Source: Wallemia ichthyophaga EXF-994
Taxonomy: Eukaryota > Fungi > Basidiomycota
NCBI RefSeq assembly: GCF_000400465.1
Contig: NW_008806284.1
Span: 206,001-268,000, forward strand
Length of the DNA: 62,000 bases
Direction: 5' to 3'
Numbering within the stretch: the stretch's first letter is position 1; each line of letters starts with the position of its first letter. A model generated the notes under the pieces. The model did not search any database. It was not told the origin of the DNA and saw only the letters and a list, made by a program, of their open reading frames with translations. Positions 58,648 through 62,000 of the stretch are shown here, piece by piece. The position numbers were made by a program, and so were the translations under genes.

Positions 58648-60548
58648 TTATAAACGTTGCGATTCTATATACGTCCCCACAGCGCGCACTTCATCACCGT
58701 TAGCCTTCTTCAAATGATTCCTTAGATCACTTTTCGCCGCCTGGGGGAGAAGGTTCTCAAGTCTATTCAAACTTGCTTTGAAAGCCGGGCTCATTTCTTC
58801 TGCAGGTTTCTTACTCGATTGTCTCACAGGTGCAGGTGTACTAGCTCGCAACTCGTATTTACTAGGCGGCTTGAGATTAGCCAATCCAGGAAATGGTTCT
58901 GGGTTGAGCACGTGAGTTAAATTAAAAATACTACTGTTGCGACTCTTGCTAGGTTTAGCACGTGGTCCAGTGGGTGCGCGCTCAAGGCCATCTAAATTTA
59001 TATGTGATGTGGACGCTGCTGAGACGTGTCTAGGGGTTTTGTGTGAAGATCCACGAGCTGGTACTGTCACCTCCTTATTATCCTTCCCGCTTATAGTCGT
59101 AGGTGTTGATGTAGTTGTACTTGCTGTACTCGTGCTTACGCCAGTAGCCGGTGTATCCCGCTCCACCATCTCTTCGCTGCGATTAGGGCTCCGAGGGGGA
59201 GTCGTCCCGGGCGTTGTCGTGTAGAGTGGCGGTGATATGGATGAAATTGATGAAGGTAGGTCTGCATCTTTGCTAATAGGTGATGGATGTCCAATTTGCA
59301 GCTTCTTCGGTGGTGATTTTGCACTCGTCCGTCGACCAAGATTGGCAAAGAAACCAGCAGCACGACTAGCCTTAACGGTAGCTGTACTCCGTGGTGAGCT
59401 GATAGCGCTGCTAGTGCTACCAGTTTTTTTTACCATAGCCGCTGCGCCAGGATAAGGGAGATGCTCAGGTATTTTATCAGGCGGGCTATCGCCAGCAACA
59501 GCTTTAGTGAGATCGTGGGCAACATTAATATCACTGCCTGGACGAAGTGGGAAGGTTGAGTTAGTAGCAAAGGACGCAGAACTATGTTGGCGATCTTGAA
59601 TGCTGGGACGTTCTTGGTGATAAGGGACGACTGGAGTGGACATGTAAGGACTATTAGAAGTTTGGGCATTACTTGAGTGTATACTTGGAGCATTTGATGG
59701 TGATTGAGTAGCTTGGCGGTTGATTTCGTCATTATTTTCCATAACATCTGTCTCGCCTGCGTCAGATTGAATACTCTGTTGACTTTTCTCGCGCTTATAG
59801 CGTTCACTATGAAATACGAGAGGTGGTGGGCTGTAGCTGCGTGGCCTGCCTTCACCACCGACGCAACGAAGCCAGACTTGCAAGCCGCTCGCAGCTCTAG
59901 CAAGAGCGTTAATAGCCTCTGCGGTGCGCATAACACGGTCAGATGTAGACGAGGCACCGTTATAGGTAGCCTTAGAAGAGAAAGCATTAGGAAGGGGCAT
60001 ATCACGGGTGATTGAAACAGGGTCACAGTTGTCTGTGGGTGAGGGGAGGTCGATAGTGCTGTCAGAAGAGCGAGAGGAGCGAGAGGAGTGAGAGTAGACT
60101 GAATGAGCGTCATTTAGAGCAGCAGTTGACATTTGGCTAATCGCACTGCCTCTTCTCTTAAGGAGAATATCTGAAGGGATATGACCAATGCTAGTGCCGT
60201 GACTGTCAAATGTGTTCAGAAATAGGATAATGGTGAAGAAGAAGCCACGCACTCAACATCCACGCCGTGATAACTGCCAACTTTTACAGGGCCTTGTTCA
60301 CCACCGCTCGTGTACACATTCAAATGAGGATAATCACTGCTGTCCATACGCTCCATAACAGATATCTGTCTATTCGATTTGTCTACATCGTTCAATGTAC
60401 CACCAGAACTGTATTTACTCGATGGAGAAGACGAAGAAGAGGCATCGCCCGTTTCAGCGATGTAAGCGTAGTAATCAAGTACGCTGGCATTTGTATAGCG
60501 CTTATCATTATCCCCGTTGAAATCTCTGTTTTCTGTATTTTCTGTCAT
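58648..60548 (-). CDS. Largely disordered Ser/Thr/Pro-rich protein with short C-terminal helical (CUE-like) domain; one intron
   Basis: ORFs 60216-60548 and 58648-60252 joined by gtgcgt...gacag; C-terminus LNRLENLLPQAAKSDLRNHLKKANGDEVRAVGTYI. Confidence 0.65.
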
Positions 60549-60983
60549 GATGGTTTACGCAAGAGAAGGCCAGGCTAATCCTCAGCAAGTTACACAATTT
60601 GGTCCAGTTACAGGTACTTGGTGGACTTAAGCGGACGGTGCGAAATACTCCACCAGTGTATGTAAATCACTTGAATTAATTTTGTTTTAATTGAATTTAC
60701 CTGATTAAATTTCAAAGACAATGCACCTCCACTTGGCTGTGTGGCTATGGGTGGCTTTGAATCTATGGATATACTTGAATAATTTCAAATCCACATCTAT
60801 AAAGTATTTCCGCAAATTAATTGTAAAAACTTGTAAACACTTGCTTACTCACGCACGGATCACTATAAGCAGTAACACAAGGGTCATGTAATTGGGGTTT
60901 TATATCAAAATACAAATACTTTTCATTCATTATTTGTACTTATTCTTTACTACGCGTATCTCCGATGATCTGCACTCACTCTC

Positions 60984-61882
60984 ATGACATCTCTCAATCT
61001 ACCCCATAAATACGCGTATCTGCGTAGATTGCTTGATAGAGCCATTAAATACTATCGAGATCTAAGCACCTCCTCCAAATTACTCCTCTGTTTCGCTATT
61101 GGCGTACATCAGTTATTCGCTTTGGTTGTCTGGTACTACGGACCAAAGGAAATATTCGGATACATTGCAAATACCGCTCTCTCTCTTCAGCAACTCAGCT
61201 TCGGCTGGCTGATTCTCGTTATATCCCTCGTCATTGCCTCTTTCCCTCCCATGATTGGCTATGGCATGCTTATATCTGTATGTGGCTTCGTTTATGGTTT
61301 CCCCTTGGGTATTCTCCCTGCTGGAATCGGCTCACTTGTGTGTCTCACACGTCACCCACATTCCTCACCCACTTACTCCCCTAAAAACAGTCAGGCGCAA
61401 GCTCCGTCTTCTTAATTAGCAGACAACTCCAAAAGACCCGTCTTTTCGGGAGCAAGTTGAGAGCTCTCTCTGTCTCTACAAAGTTTCAGGCGATAAGCAC
61501 CGCGATAACAGATCGCGGCATTGGTTTGGTCGTTCTCCTCAGACTCTGCCCTATTCCTCCCTGGGTATACAGCAATCTCGGCTTTAGTCTCCTTCCACCT
61601 GATAAACTCACCTTCACTCAGTTTTTCTTCGCTACCATTCTCAGTACACCACGCCTTTTCCTCCATGTCTTTATCGGTTCACGCGTATTTGCCCTTTCTG
61701 ACCCAAATAATCAACTCGATAGCACCACCAAGATTCTCGATATTACTGGTATTGTCGCAGGTATGGTCCTCTCCACCCTGCTAGGATGGTATGTGTATAG
61801 GGTTACAATGCACAAAATCAGTCAAAGCGTCGATGAAGAGTATAACATTGATAATGAAAGTCTATTATCTGAATTGAGGTGA
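60984..61882 (+). CDS. TVP38: SNARE-associated Golgi membrane protein (Tvp38/DedA family), one intron
   Basis: ASFPPMIGYG...CGFVYG...GSLV; LLRLCPIPPWVYSN; FFFATILSTPRLFLHVFIGSR. Confidence 0.85.
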
Positions 61883-62000
61883 ATATTAACGCATTCGCAT
61901 TATTTTCTACTTGGATTCCTGATGTCTTTGTCTATGTCCTTATTTGTGATCTCTTTTTGCTTTCTTAAGCTTGATATTTGGTATTAAGTGTATATGACAA

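Noticed and set aside
1-62000. tRNA, rRNA, telomeric repeats, CRISPR arrays
   Set aside because: None recognised by eye; a tRNAscan-SE/Infernal run is needed to exclude intron-containing tRNAs and snoRNAs.

Overview
Eukaryotic (fungal, basidiomycete-like) genomic DNA with very high gene density, short 40-70 nt GT-AG introns and tiny intergenic gaps. This organisation resembles the xerophilic/halophilic genus Wallemia (an inference, not tested). About 33 protein-coding genes can be supported. They include an ENA-type Na+/K+ P-type ATPase, PMA1, NHX1, a CreA/Mig1 zinc finger, a SepH/Cdc15 kinase, NOP9, RTF1, PEX7, SEC3, VPS17, VPS55, ORM1, METTL16, RBG1/DRG1, CBC2, Mis18, RPN12, PRE3, a sorbitol dehydrogenase, a PhyH-like dioxygenase and TVP38. 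Three things stand out. (1) The ENA ATPase sits in a 4,684-bp unit bounded by two identical 391-bp direct repeats, on top of older diverged duplications, so it looks like an amplifiable or excisable salt-pump cassette or a collapsed tandem array. (2) A 6.6-kb AT-rich, gene-free island lies between two convergent genes and is a candidate small regional centromere. (3) Many gene pairs are only 15-90 nt apart start-to-start or stop-to-start, including an operon-like five-gene run, which implies overlapping or polycistronic transcription. No tRNA, rRNA, CRISPR array or intact transposon was recognised. All gene models were built by eye from the sequence and the ORF track.
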